Of a DNA stretch of 64,000 bases, positions 24,770-38,868 are shown in pieces (the first letter of the stretch is position 1; every line of letters starts with the position of its first letter). The stretch is from Saccostrea echinata. Lineage: Eukaryota. The notes beneath the pieces were generated by a model. That model was not told the DNA's origin. It searched no databases and saw nothing but the letters and a program-made list of their open reading frames with translations. The position numbers and the translations under genes are program-made. Location: contig NW_026889758.1 in the NCBI RefSeq assembly GCF_033153115.1, forward strand, positions 30,628,001 through 30,692,000. Direction: 5' to 3'.

Positions 24770-26830
24770 ATTCATTAAAAAAAACCGGACACTTGGAAAT
24801 TCCGTGGAGAAGTGGATCAGATGCCTAGGAGGAGTAAGTACCCCCTGTAGACCGGGCACACTTGCCGTGAGCCCTATTTATTGATCAGGTATACGGAATA
24901 ATCCTCATTCAAAATATGTATAAAAACAAAGACCTAACAATTTGTATAAAATATACGCGGGTATGTTAAGGCTACATCCAGAGATATACTACTTGCCTCT
25001 ACAATATGACGTCATAGTAAGCTGTATGACGTGAAGTTTAGAAATAATGATTTCTTAATATCTATATTTAAAGTTTGATTTCAGGTCCAAGAAATGAATG
25101 GAATCATTCAAAAACATAATATAAACAAAATCATGTCGTTTTTGGGTGGTATAAACAGCTAAGTATTTATCACGGGGGTTAAATACCAAACCCATGACGT
25201 CATAACTATTGATCAAATATTTGCCGAGTGAAAATGAAACGTGACGAGAATTCATGTAAACAAATATGTAAAATGGGAGTTTTCAAGCATATACCATGAA
25301 TGTTATGTGTGATTCATAAGGAATTAAAGATTAAGAATCAGGTACGCTGATATATTCTAATCATGTTTTCTTATAATGAACACAGGCAGTGCTTAAAAAT
25401 CCCGATCAGCCTTTCCTCTGTCGTTCTATACCAACAAAGTTGCAAAAGTTCAACACTACGCCGCATACTTTGAGACATAATTTTTGTTTGTATCGAAAGC
25501 TTGTTTTCTATAGTACTTGGAAACTGCTGCTAGAATCGTATGATTAACATGAATTGATGACAATTCCTTGATCGTTTGTACAAAATGTAATAATTTTGGT
25601 AAGGTTTCATGCGAAACTTTGGAATAATTTTTTCTGTGTCGGGAGAGTAGGATTCTAGCAGCACTTTTCATGACCCAGTGATGTTTTTACATAATTATTT
25701 TCTCAAGAAGAATTGAATTATCCCCGGGGTAGTGTTGAACTTTTCACTTTTTCATTAAGGCAATTTTTCTGTTTATAGACGTCACATGATGACGTCGTAG
25801 TGGAGTGCTTCTTTTAGCGTAAAACTCAATGACGTCTATACAATGGATAATTATAGTAAATGTTTTATCTATGGCTTTTCCGATTTATCAATGTTACATT
25901 TTACGAAAAAAGTCTAAATTCGCCGAAATATGATCTGGGTACTGCCTTAACATACCTGCGTACCAATCAGAATACGACCCACAGATAGATTCTTTTGCTA
26001 ACAAGGTCATTAGAATTTACGAAATGCTGACTTAAAACGAGGTTGTTGAAATCCCTGTGTTATCAACTTACTTGTCAGTAGCCTGCCTCGGTTTGAAAAT
26101 TGATCGAACTTAGTGCATGCTCTTGAATAACAAATATATTGGGAGATGTAAACACTTTATGGTGACAGTGGAATATTACTACATAAATAAGGAAAGTTGA
26201 CTATGCAAATGCTGAAGTCATCTCATTTGTCATACAGTTTGGCTTTTAGTTGGCCCTACCACCTATAGTGAGTGAAACATCAAAACCTGAGACAGATGTG
26301 TCAGACTCTGTGGTGCTTTTATTTTGAGTTCACTGGAATGTATCGAGTCTACTTATGAATGGAAGTAACTATTATTAATTGATAAAACGTCGTCAATATC
26401 TCGGAATGTCGAGAAGAAGGTCACAGCAAGATTTTTTTTTCTCATGTAAAAGTGTTTGAATAAATTCTTCATCATAGGAATATAAAAACGGATCGGCTAA
26501 TAAAGGAGCCCGTCGGGATTCCAACAGATTCTTGGAAGACCTGGACATCTATTCACAAAAAATCTTACGGTCAGTCGTAGACGTAAGATTTAAGTTTTTT
26601 TTCCCTTAAGATTTTGATTATTCACAAAAAATCGTACGTTTGACGTTGCGCCAAAAAAGTCGTAAGTTTACGTTTAGTCTTAGGTTGACGTAGGTCTAAA
26701 AGGACTACTCGTATATTTTGTCAATGAGGAACTCTAAATCCTTTCAATATGAACCTCAACGTACTTATGTATAGAATCAGAGAGATTTTTAACCAAGTAA
26801 TTTTGTTGATGACCAATCACAAGAGTTCCA
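24770..26830 (-). mobile_element. Degraded Penelope-like RT element interrupted by two DNA-element insertions
   Basis: 3' tail at 24770-24955, RT at 25963-26550 (..DIDDVL.., PLLADPFLYSYDEEFIQ) and 26701-26830 (..EFLIDKIY..). Confidence 0.75.
24956..25960. mobile_element. Non-autonomous TIR DNA transposon (TA flanks)
   Basis: TA|CGCGGGTATGTTAAGGCTACATCCAGA ... TCTGGGTACTGCCTTAACATACCTGCG|TA. The host Penelope-like sequence resumes on both sides. Confidence 0.75.
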
Positions 26831-27949
26831 TTTTTAAATTTTCTAAAGTTAATTAGAATTTTTGAGAAACCATATTTTATTAACACCACTTCTAGAATAT
26901 TAGAATATAACGTAGCACAGTTTCTCCTTTACAACAGTTTGTGAAAAGTATTGATAGGGGCTTAGTAGAGCATTTGCGGATCCGGCATCATATCTTTGTT
27001 TGTAAAGATTTTTATGAAGTTTTGGGATTCAGTGTAGGTAAGGTAGATCAAACACATCTTGGTTGACTGGAATGTTAAAAGCATTATAGACTGAAATGTA
27101 ATTTTTGAAAATTTCATCCAAAGAACGTTAATTGTGAGTAAAAGTTGGATTTCCAGATAAAGAATAAAACGAAGTTTTTCTAAAATACAGTTATAATAAT
27201 GAGCCTTATTGCAAAAAAGATGTTGTTTCAAGCCTTGACATCTGGAACAATGGCAAATTGTTTATGTAGTCTTTTGTATTATTTTATCACCACTGATTTA
27301 GTGAAAACAAAAGGATACTTGGTTCGCATATTGCCTTTTAAGAGTCATTCTCTGTAAGCATCAAAGAATATAGAAAAAAGTTGGAAATGGTACATCACAG
27401 ATTTGGCTGATATTTTGCATGTAATGTAGAAACACCATGTATAGGTCATATTTGGGGTCAACAGACAAATTTGAGTACCGGTTGCCATGGTTACCAAAAC
27501 CGCCATTTATAGCTCATAAATGAGCAGCATTCTACTAAAATTGTACCCACTTCATCTTTATTTTTTATTTTCTAGACATTTCATACAGGATTGACGGTTA
27601 CCTATTCTGATGCATTATTTATAGGAGTAACTACCACAATTAGTGAATTAATTCTGTAGTTGGTCATGAATGAATGATCTTTTTATGAAAAGTGTCAATT
27701 TTTAAAAATTTAACAAATTTTAAAAAATGCAGATTTTGGGCATTTTCTACAAATAATAGCAAAAAAATGCAGGCACTCCATAGCAAATGACCACCATCAG
27801 GTAAAAGTTCATTCCATACTCAACAAAATATAAAATTTCTAGAGTGGTAATATTTCTTAAAATAAAATAAAATGAAAACAAAAATGGTTGCCATGGAGAA
27901 TTTGGATTAATTTGAAGATTCTATATTTGACTGATTTTTTGTACATATC

Positions 27950-28460
27950 TGCTTTAATTAAATCATTAATGAAAAAATAACTCACTAATTTACCTTTTCA
28001 ATTCACTTAACATTAAACAAAATAGAAATCTAAAATTTAAAAAAATTACTACGTTGCTATGGCAACCACAAAGTTCAGGAACTATTCAAATAATTATTGA
28101 TATTAACAATATAAAATAACCATAGCCACATTGCATTATAATATTTCTTCTTCTGAATCAATGAATAAATCAAATTAATCAACTTTATCATTTTACTTCA
28201 TTTCAATTCATAATTTAAAAAAAACAGTTGCTATGGCAACCAAATAGTTCTGGAACAATCCCTATTATTATTGATATTATCAATGTACACATCGTTGAAT
28301 GTTATGTTTCTTCTTCAATAAAATAAATCATGCTAATTAACCTTGTCATTTCACTTGCATTAAAATAGAAATTCATTTTTAAAAACAGTTGCTTTGGCAA
28401 CCACATTAAGATAGTTCAGGAACAGTCCCTATTATGTTAATATTATCAAAATACAAAACT
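27950..28460. repeat. ~160-175 bp degenerate tandem repeat, each unit carrying GTTGCTATGGCAAC
   Basis: The motif occurs at 28053, 28227 and 28388 with similar flanks (..AAAATAGAAAT.., ..AGTTCAGGAAC..). Confidence 0.7.
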
Positions 28461-28890
28461 AGAGACTCAGTGCTTGATCAACTTCTAATCATGTACTTAC
28501 CCTCACATACACAGACGAACACTTAAATTAATAAAATACAAATATATCAAAATTACTGCAACAGGAGTGTTTTTGCACTATGTTGTTTCCATGGAAACAA
28601 ACAATAAATGGATGTATAAGCAATAACTGCCAATATAAAATTCAATGGAAATTCCCTTCTCCTTCCTTTTTTTGCAGTACCCCCCCCCCCCTTGAAAGTC
28701 AATATTATATGCCTCATATTTTGCCATACTAAGTATGCTTGGATGGAGGGCAGGAAGGAGAATGGAACAACAAAAGATGCACATGACAGGTTATATAATT
28801 TGTCATGTGAATCTGTGGTTGTTCCATTCTCCTTTTTTGATGGAGGACAGTAAGGAGAATGGAACAACCAAAGATTCACATGATAAATTA

Positions 28891-29097
28891 CTGTAAACCA
28901 ACTATTATTCGCGTCATCTTTTATTTGCGACTCTTCAGTTTGAAAACAATCCGCAACGATTATTTTTCGCGACTGAGGAAATGTCCTTTACAAATATATA
29001 GCAAGATAAATGGTTTGCGGCGATTAATATTGGGGAGTTAAAATAGGTCATGAAAATCGCAGATATTTTTCGCACGTGAATAGAAATTGGTTTACAG
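28891..29097. mobile_element. Tc1/mariner-type MITE (TA target duplication)
   Basis: TA|CTGTAAACCAACTATTATTCGCG ... CACGTGAATAGAAATTGGTTTACAG|TA. Confidence 0.8.
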
Positions 29098-30416
29098 TAT
29101 ATAATTTGTCATGTTCATCTTTGTTGTTCCATTCTCCTTTCTGCCCTCCATCAGTTTACATTTTTGCTCATGTAAAAAGAAACTGTCGAAGATATAATTG
29201 TCTATCATCATACACTGATTAAAATAATTTTGATAATCACAATTCAATAATTTCAAGATTTTGTGATGTTGCCCCTCCCTATTCATTGCATTGCTATTAC
29301 ATTTCCTAATGTTGATTATACTCATTGACTCTGACATTGACCTTGACCTGATTTTGCATTGACCTTGCTACATGTACCTTGAATTTCATACAACTTGAAG
29401 ACAGAACTTCAACCATGCTAATGTTTGACTCTGAAATCATTATTCGTGACTTTGACATAACCTGATCTATTTTTCTACTGGCCAGACACTACCCTCCCTG
29501 CAGGTTTAGTCAGACTTCAATATCACTTAGTACATGAGTAAACTAAATCAAGAATCATTTTATTTATAAGAATAAAATTTTGAGTCAAGGAGCTTATTTT
29601 CTCTTTTTTTATTATAATAACAAACTAGTAGTCTTGTTAGAGACATTTGTACATCTATTTTGATTTTAGGCCAAAAAAATAATAGTCTTGTTTCCTGCTA
29701 CCAGCCTGAAAAAAAAATAGGGTAGGTAGGAAAATTATTTTATTTTTTTCCAACGGCACAACTCAAGTGGTATTTTATGAAAGTCCATTTTGAAACATAG
29801 AATTTCATGAAATGCTTGTTTTGTGTTAACGCGGAAACCAATTACAGCGATAGAACAATGAAATTCCAGAAATTCCGTATTTTTTCCTTCCAAAACTAAA
29901 ACTTTAGGGTCTGGCGCATCCTCGACAGAAGTTCTGTCGCCAATAGAAAGATCGGGACTTCCTGTAGATTTAAGACATTTAAATGATAGCTTTTGGGTCA
30001 TGATTTTCAACCATATTTACATCAACAATAATGACGCGCCCAGCGGGACTATAGTTAAAAGAAAAGGAAAAACAAGAACACTAGACGATTTTATTTTAGA
30101 TGTAAACGAACTGTCAAAATACAATACCGCAGATTCTTTGGTTAGTGATGTAAAAAAGAAACAACGTTACAAATAAATATACTATACAATTTATACCCAT
30201 GTAACCTAAATCAACAAGCATTTCTAACAGAAATAAATCAATACATTTGTTACAGAACAAAGTCTTAAAAATCTTTAAATAATTCTTCTTCTCTATCTCT
30301 GTTTTATAGCAATGATCATAATTATTTTTAATCAACACTGAAAGGCATCTGTTCGTCATAAGATATTGGCATTATTGACACGAGTTATTCATAATTAATA
30401 CGGTTTTTGTATTTCT

Positions 30417-32196
30417 TTAATGGCGAAATATCACGACAGGTATGTACGAATGGTGTAGCACAAAATCGCTCACACTCCCCATAATAGTCCGCCTAATTTT
30501 TCCTAATCCACGAGAACCAATAATCACCATGTTGACTCCCAGTTCTTCAGCCTTTTTAGTGATCTGTTCTCCGGGGTTGCCATGGGCTCGAATGACGTGT
30601 GCTTTGATCTAAAAATACCACATTATTGAAAATTTTTGCAGTATTGATTCAGTTCTGAGAAATTCTGATCTTGAGGAACTGAAATTATAGGGAATAACTG
30701 TGTTTTGCTTTATTTTCATACATATTTCTTTTAAAGAAACCTGGAAATTTTGAAATAANNNNNNNNNNNNNNNNNNNNNNNNNNNNNNNNNNNNNNNNNN
30801 NNNNNNNNNNNNNNNNNNNNNNNNNNNNNNNNNNNNNNNNNNNNNNNNNNNNNNNNNNNNNNNNNNNNNNNNNNNNNNNNNNNNNNNNTCTAGATAATCA
30901 TACTCCGATATCCTTTATCAAGGCATCCAGTTTCTTAATGGTCTCTTTGGCCTTTTCTTCTTCCTCTTTCACCTTCATCTGGAATATCATGGGGTCTACA
31001 GGTAACCAGGGAGCTATCAATATAAAATCTATATACATGATAAATTTTATTTCAGAAGAAACTGCATTTGCAGCTGTTTTTTCTATCCTACAATCTATAA
31101 AGACTCATGGTATATAACAGTTGCTGGTTCAGAAGCGGTACCTGCCTCCTTAATTTGAATCTTCAAAAACTGGAACCATAATGGCATTTAATTATTTTGT
31201 TACTCTCATTTAAATGATATAGAATCAATACTTCGTCTTCCGTTAAAAAATTATATCACATTTTTGCCTTATTTGCCCCTTTCTATCTAAAAGTCAGATA
31301 TCCGGCAAAGAATGATCATGTCAGTGTTTTTTTCCATGCATAAAGTGTCTTGCTGGTGTTTTATAGTTTTACCGGTCATGATATAATTTTCTTTTCGAAT
31401 GCATCTCGCCACTTGTTCAGTATTTGGTTATTGTTTTCTAGAGTTAAGCTTTAAATAAGTTATTGCTAAAGGACAGCAGTTGGGGGTTCTAACAGAGGCA
31501 TTGTTTCTGAAATATTTAATTACTTTCAGTGTTGAACAAGCTACTGTATAAGGGAAGACAAATAGTGAATCCGAATATCGTAGATGTAGTCCTGAAATAG
31601 GGATAATCTTTTATAAAGAAGTAACTTAAAATCAGTTAAATCACGAGAAACTCTAATATTTCTTTGTTATAACATGTCGACGTCATTAGCGAGTACGAAA
31701 GTCGTTAAGAGTGTACATCAACATTTTTTTTTACCATGAAGATACTTAACGCACTTTGAAAAAAAATGTATAAAATAAAAATTCTGGAGTTAGATTTAAG
31801 TAAGAGACATCATTATTATGTTATATTTCTTTCGAAAAACTGATGAATTGATCTACCCTCGTCGAGAACGAGAAGACAGGTAGAGGATCCCTCAGCCCAA
31901 CTCTTTATCTTTCCTACCCAAATATATGTATTTACATAACGTTGTATGACATTAGTATACTTTCTCTCAATAAATTTGAGTTACCGTAAAATACATGAAA
32001 AAAATTGAGATAAGCTTTCCTGAAAAAAAAAATATATTAACGCACCCTGTTATATTAAAGAAGAGAGGTTCAGGGACCATATCGCTGATCTAAGCAACAA
32101 TAGCCAACTGACTATACTTTGGCCAAAGAGGCTTTACAAAATCAACTTGTATAAAAAGCAATTTTTTTTCATACCTCTTAATATTAATTAAAGAAC

Positions 32197-32229
<33 letters not shown>

Positions 32230-35200
32230 AAGACCATCACATTCTGCGGGAAAATATATTTTCAATGGAAAAATCATAATTACTCCCTTTTCCCTAAGAA
32301 AAATGCGATGCTTTAAGTCATAAATCGACCCCTACATCTACAGAACTTATTATAGACTGGAAATAAAAAAAGGAAACGAAATCGTGCTACTAAACAATCA
32401 TTCCTCCATAAAAGACCCATTTCCCTTTTATAACATTTACGAGAACCTTTGGGAACTAGACAACCCCTAAAAATCTTTAAAACGGCTATATCTCAGATCC
32501 TGAAGTGACGTCATCACCAAAAAGTTATCCATACAGGTTCAAATAATTATTTATCATAATTTGCAAGAATATTGACCAAGCCGTGCACATTTTTTTCAAA
32601 GTGCGTTAATATGGTCGATATTAACGCACTTTGAAAAGAAACATTTTTTTTATTTCAAAGTACGTTAATTTCGTCCCAAATTTAACGCACTTTGAAAAAA
32701 ATTCTCAAAGTGCGTAATTTTTCAAAGTGCGTTGTAACAGTGCCATTTTACCATCTCTTATGCATTGGAATATCAAATTGTCTAAATTGGTACCTCATAT
32801 GAATAGGATGGTCGGTGAGTACATATGACTTCACTTCAAGCACGAGAGTTTAAATAAGAAATGAACAAAGTTGTTGTGCTTTATTAACTACTCAGAAGTT
32901 TATCTCAGAAGTTTATGTGTACTTATGATAAATTTGTATATAACTTAAACCTTTTTGATCAATTAGGCAGAAATAAAGTATAACTGTTTCAGAATAAAGG
33001 ATTCTGCACAATAAAATATATAGTATTCTATTATTATTAAACAAATCAATATTGTACAGGACGACAATAATGTAATTTTGCTTCAATCTAAGCTTATTAA
33101 AAGTTCTTCGGTCGCAAATATGAACAACAAAAAATTATAAACGTTCTTCTTTTCTGTCATTGAAATAGTAAATTACAGTTTTGCAACAAAAATATCTGAC
33201 ATCATAGTTGCAGCTCATACATGTATTGCTTTACAAATATTTTTACACTAAGGTTGCAATTGGGGAGTACTAGTTTTGAAGGGTAAACCTGTTAAATTTT
33301 GGGTATGATAGGGCACATCTGCTGACACGTCTTGTATAACTGAGTAGCTGATTGATTTATACTTTTTTCAAAATATAATTTCGTTTGTAAGCTTATTGAT
33401 GCCATTGTAAAGGAGGAGGCATTTTTAATTTCTCATGATATCAGTATCATTAAACAGGTTTAAATTTCTCATGTTTTGTATTTTGTTGTTGTTGTTTGTT
33501 TATCTTTCAATATTTTTGGGGTAGAAGATGTAAACTTTGCTGAATATTCTGAAGAGCAGTTCTAGTTATACATTAACAATGTACATTTCTACTTACATGA
33601 ATAGGACAGGGATTCTTTATGATCAGTAACGTGGAGCACAATTATGTGATCATCATTTTTGCACACTTTACTGGCAAACCCTTAAAGAGAAAGAGTCTAA
33701 AATTTTTATCTGAGTTACAGCATTTTTTTTTAAAATTACCAGTAAATTATCAATGTATCTGCACTTGTGTGAATAATTGATAATACGTGACAATCACATT
33801 ATCACTAAGAAACATTGTTCTAACGAAGAAAATAATCATGATCTGAAGATTAGATTGAAAATGAGTGAAAGAGCATATAGAAATGCTACACAGAGACAAT
33901 AAAGGAGATGCTAATGGGGAAAAAAGAAAGAAACATTGGATAAGCGAAACAACCTAGATGATAATAAATCAGAGAGTATACATAAGTAAGGAATTTTTAG
34001 TAACTCACTAAAAAGACTTCGAGGGCGACTACAAGATAAGGAGAAAGACAAAGAAATAAAAAGACAAGTGGTGGGAAACATAGCGACACAGGCAGAAGAG
34101 ACAACGTGCACACACTATACGGACTTTTAAAAAAAATGTGTGTATTGATTAAGGACCACAACAAAGAACCACACACATTGAAGACAAAGGTGGCAAGCTC
34201 TTCATAGGGAGGGAGAAGACATTGAGAAGCTAGGTGGAATTATCATTTTAAGGAGATTCTCAATAGGGAGGAGCCAAGAAGACGAAGAAATTATAGAATC
34301 ACCTATAGCAGAGATAAATACCAGTGAACCATCATATGCAGAAATTAAAAAAAAAATGCTATCAAAGACCTCAAAATGGCAAGACACCTGGAACAGTGTA
34401 ACTAGTCAAAACAGATACAGAGTTTTATTTTACAACAGGAAAACGGTGAAGAATCGTCTTGACAAGATATGGAATAAGTAGAAAATACCTGAAACATGCA
34501 AGAAGGAACTTATCATAAAGTTCTCAAAGAAACCTAAGGGACCTTGAATCTGAAAAAAAAAACCAAAAACTGGAAAGGTATCACTCTACTACTTCAAGTG
34601 AGCGAAGTCCTAGGAAGAATCATAATTGATAGGATCAGAGAAGGAATAATTTTACAGCGGAAGGAACAAATTGGCTTTCGAAAGGGATGAAGTACAACTC
34701 AGCAGATCTTCATAGTGCGCAGCATCGTAGAGCAAATGAATGAATGGCAAACTACACTTTACATTAATTTCACTGACGTCGAAAAAGTCTTTGGTCCTAT
34801 CCATAGAGAAAAATTATGTAAAATTATGNNNNNNNNNNNNNNNNNNNNNNNNNNNNNNNNNNNNNNNNNNNNNNNNNNNNNNNNNNNNNNNNNNNNNNNN
34901 NNNNNNNNNNNNNNNNNNNNNNNNNNNNNNNNNNNNNNNNNNNNNNNNNNNNNNNNNNNNNNNNNNATAAGTAACTCAACATACATTACTAGTGTAAGCT
35001 TTTCATATTATTTTCATACTTTCTCACGAGAATCACAGCAAGAAAGAATTTAAAATGAACCTGCACTACGTTTCAACGTCCCTGATGATTAGGATTTTTC
35101 ATAAATGTATGCAATGTACAGAATGTAAGCAAAACTCAGTCTATAAACGACCCCACCTTACTTTTTTTTATTGTCATATCTCTTTCTATTTACATTTATA

Positions 35201-35719
35201 TATTTATATATTTTATATATACATGTATTGCCCTCTACTTGAACATACGACCTGAACGTAATGAAAAAATCTCAATTATTAAAATATGTACACAAAACTA
35301 GATGATTTATAAAACAACATCATAATTTTAAATTCCCCTGTCCGTTTGATAGATAAGAAGGTCAAGTTATGTATGTTTAAAAATTGTTTGGTGTTTAACT
35401 GCGCAGTAGTATTCATTCATTTACAAGTGATAGTTTTCTCTATAAAGTCGATTAGAGAGGCTTTAAAGAAGCTACAATTTCTTGACGTACCTGGTAAATG
35501 TACCAAATTATCTAAGGAAACGTTACGTATATAAAACTACAGTAATGCTAATTATTTGCACCACGTAACACTGTTTCTCACGTGTAATTCATAATCAATA
35601 AAATCCTATAAAATTATGTTCTATGGACATCGGTTTGAATACAAACATTTCAGCGCTTCCTCAGAGTATTCACTCCCGTCCATAGCGATCAACACTTTAC
35701 GATTGTTGTTGTCGACCAT
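30417..35719 (-). CDS. Universal stress protein copy 2, 152 aa
   Basis: Exons 35719-35647, 33680-33597, 31013-30904 and 30608-30417 (73/84/110/192 nt). Protein reads MVDNNNRKVLIAMDGSEYSEEALKW..GSRGLGKIRRTIMGSVSDFVLHHSYIPVVIFRH*. Confidence 0.93.
31745..32739. mobile_element. DNA-transposon remnant with repeated TTAACGCACTTTGAAA motifs in both orientations
   Basis: The motif occurs at ~31746 and is clustered in alternating orientation at 32595-32739. It lies in USP copy 2 intron 2. Confidence 0.45.
33830..34828 (+). mobile_element. Degraded RTE-like LINE RT fragment
   Basis: Frameshifted motifs WKGITLL, RKEQIGFRKG.STTQQIF and RSIVEQMNEWQTTLYINFTDVEKVF. It runs into an N-gap within USP copy 2 intron 1. 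Confidence 0.8.
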
Positions 35720-36059
35720 TGCACTCTGTTAGACTGGCTTCCCTTGTCCCATTCATACATGCAGCATAACCTCTAAGTGCAGTACTTTAAATGTCATGCG
35801 ATATATATGGAGCACCGTATTAACTTCAATTTTATGCTTAATATGTCTTCAAAGGTTCAATAGATGCAATATCTTTATGAATTTAACATACATTAATTTA
35901 ATACATGTAGACTTTAATGTTACAAAAAATATTACTTACAAAAAGTTTGCCTGTATTCAAATATGAACCTACATGGCGTCACTTGAACCAACAACATCTT
36001 TAACTGTGTTACAAAAAAGTAGTTTTCCAATAAAACTTTTACAATTAGCAAATTCTTTT

Positions 36060-36492
36060 CAGTATAGAATGAACTGCACATAGACACTTTAACCGACCTG
36101 TTTTATATTCCTATGAAGCAGGATTTATTCCAGTAAATCTGCTTAAGAATAAAACATTCTCGTATGTCGAGTCGATATGAAATAAAAGATACCACAGAGT
36201 CTAGCACATCTCTTTCATATTTGGATGTTTTACCGACTACAGACGTTAATGACCTAATTTAACAGCTAAATTATGTAATAAACAGGACGACTTCAGCCCT
36301 TTCATAATCAACTTTATTTATGTAGTAATGTTTCTTTTTCACCTGCATATAGTATTTATGTCTCCCGATGTTTCGGTACGGAAGCGCATACTCTAAGTTA
36401 GTAATTTTTAAACCGTTGATGTTTAAAAAGTTGATGTTACAAAGCTTTCAAAAATCTCGTTTAACGTCTGGATTTTGCAAATTCTATGGTCG
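36060..36492 (+). mobile_element. Degraded Penelope-like RT fragment
   Basis: DLFLYSYEAGFI-like, IKDTTESSTSLSYLDV and KFYGR remnants. Confidence 0.7.
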
Positions 36493-36690
36493 TTTGTTTG
36501 TTTGTTTGTTTGTTGTTTAACGTCTCATTAGACCTATACTCGGCACATAAGACAATTGAGCAGTGAGGGACTTTTCTGTGCCAGCACCTACTGCATGCGA
36601 CACTGGACCTCGGTTTATACAGAAACCGAAGGACCGGTCTTACACGTCCCGCAGTAGGATTCGAATCCGCGACGTAAGGATCAACTCAAT
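36493..36690 (-). mobile_element. tRNA-derived SINE with (AAAC)n tail
   Basis: B-box-like GATTCGAATCC at 36658-36668. The body is shared with copies at 46638, 49105 and 49408. Confidence 0.7.
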
Positions 36691-37850
36691 GATTATATGA
36701 CCTTTGTAAATATAACCTCTTAAGTTTTGTCCAGATAGGCCAGTTAGTTACTCGGTCAAGGACTTCGTTATTAAACTTTAACCAGGACTCCAAAGCAGGG
36801 GTATAAAATAAGCTCATCTCGACTTCTTCGAGGTGAGCTAAAACTGTATTCCTATATGAATTGTGTATTGAATCCAATGGAAAAAATAAAATACACACAA
36901 ACGAGACAATCTAGATCGATTGATTATTTGTTGTTTTACACAGAGTCGGTAGTATCTTTGCCATATTTTGGCGGAATGTAACTGCTAGATGATCCAAAAA
37001 ATGAATGTTTAGAAAAAGGAAAATATTGAGAATGCAATTCATTTTTTTTAAAGAATTATTTTTAAGAAAACAAGTGTTCAATCTTGTATAAAACAATAAA
37101 AGGAATTTTAATCATAATTGATCGTTTAAATATGATATTAAAAGATTCCAAATATCTTGACCTGTTTGTACCAGAGGTGTTATGTGTTCTATACCCAAAG
37201 AACGCTTAAAACAATATAGAACTCATCTAATCGTATTTGTGTCGCGTCTAGGTCTTTGGTTAATTACAATATGCTATAAGGATAGAGTCTTGTCACGTAT
37301 TGATCATGTTTTTTTTATTTTACCATGTTCCTCAAATTACAGAGAATGTTTGTAAACATGAACATGAAGAAGAATAAAAGAAATGTATGCCAACAGCCTT
37401 GATTTTTGTCAATACCATATTTTTTCTAAACTGTTCTCACAAAAGAGTTGTAAATTTCGATTTAGTACATTTTAATCGCCGATCTCTGCTTCAAAGTCTA
37501 TCAACAACTCGAACATTCGGTTTTTAACAACATCTCGTATGCAAGTTTTACTGATTTTAAGTAAGTCAGTATTGATTTGGATTTAACAACGTTTGGCCTA
37601 GCCTCTGACGTATTATCAAAAAGGTTCATTGTATATCTACTTTCTAAAGGCTTTTAAAAAAAGCTAAATTTAAACATTTTTTTTTAAAAAGCTACCTTGT
37701 ATTGATATTGGTACTTCCTTAGGTACATTTTCTCTGCCAAATACTCCCTACATTTGTCATATAAAGATTTGGCCCTCGCATCGTGGACTTTTTTTCAGAA
37801 TTACACTCCTTACTTCTGGATATATAGTCACAAAGGAGACTTTAGAAGGT

Positions 37851-38837
37851 TTGTGACGATACATATTGTCGTTTTGTACATATTGTCGCTGGCGACAATA
37901 TGTACCTACCCTCATTGCACGTATTGTCGTCCATCGGTACATATTGTCGCCGGCTGAAAAGTTACACATGTACATATTGTCGCTGGCGACATTATGTGCC
38001 TCCCTCACTGTACATTTTGTCGCCCCACAGATATTGTTGCTTAAACATTTCTTTTTTGTTTTTTGGTAGTTTTGTCAATGTAATTCGTGTGTGAATCACA
38101 CTGACGTGTCTCGTATGCTATTTCATGCAGCGTGATTGTGACGGTATATTTTGTCGTCTTGTTCATATTGTCGCCGGCTACAATCTGTAACTACCATGAC
38201 TGCGCATATTGTCGTCCATCAGAACATGTTGCAAGACAATGCACGGCAATGCTCTATATTAATATGACTGATCATTGCTTTGCTGTTTTTGAGAAGATAA
38301 TTTTTAAAGAATTTTCCCATATATTCCTATGTAAAATTTTGATCGCCCATTGTGGCCCCACCCTTGGCCCTTTTTCATTTAAAGATACCTGATTCTGCTC
38401 TACCTGGGGATGCTTTCATTTAAATATCACTAATCACGGGCCTACTGCTGTTTCTCAGTGGTGGATCCAGAAATTTCAGAATGGTGCCTATACTTGGCAC
38501 TCAGGGTCATAGAGCAGTAAGGGATCTTTTTCGTGCCATCTTGCACATCAAAATTGAACGTACGCTATGTAATGAAGCTTTCACATAAGTATCATCTCTT
38601 CTGACCCAGTAGTTCTTGAAAAAAAAGAGTTTGAAAGAATTTTTTCTAAATATTCTATGAAAAACTTTGATCACCTTTTGTAGCCACATCCTTCCCTCGA
38701 TGGGCATGATCTGTACACTTCACAATGAAACTTTCACATAAGTTTCAACTTTTCTGACGCAGTGGTTCTTGAGAAGGGTTTTAAAAGATGTCACTATATT
38801 ATCACTAATTCTTATCTAAATCCTTTGAAGGAGGGCT

Positions 38838-38868
<31 letters not shown>

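Noticed and set aside
26962-27231. 89-aa ORF
   Set aside because: It has no recognisable motif or splice context and lies in a repeat-rich stretch.
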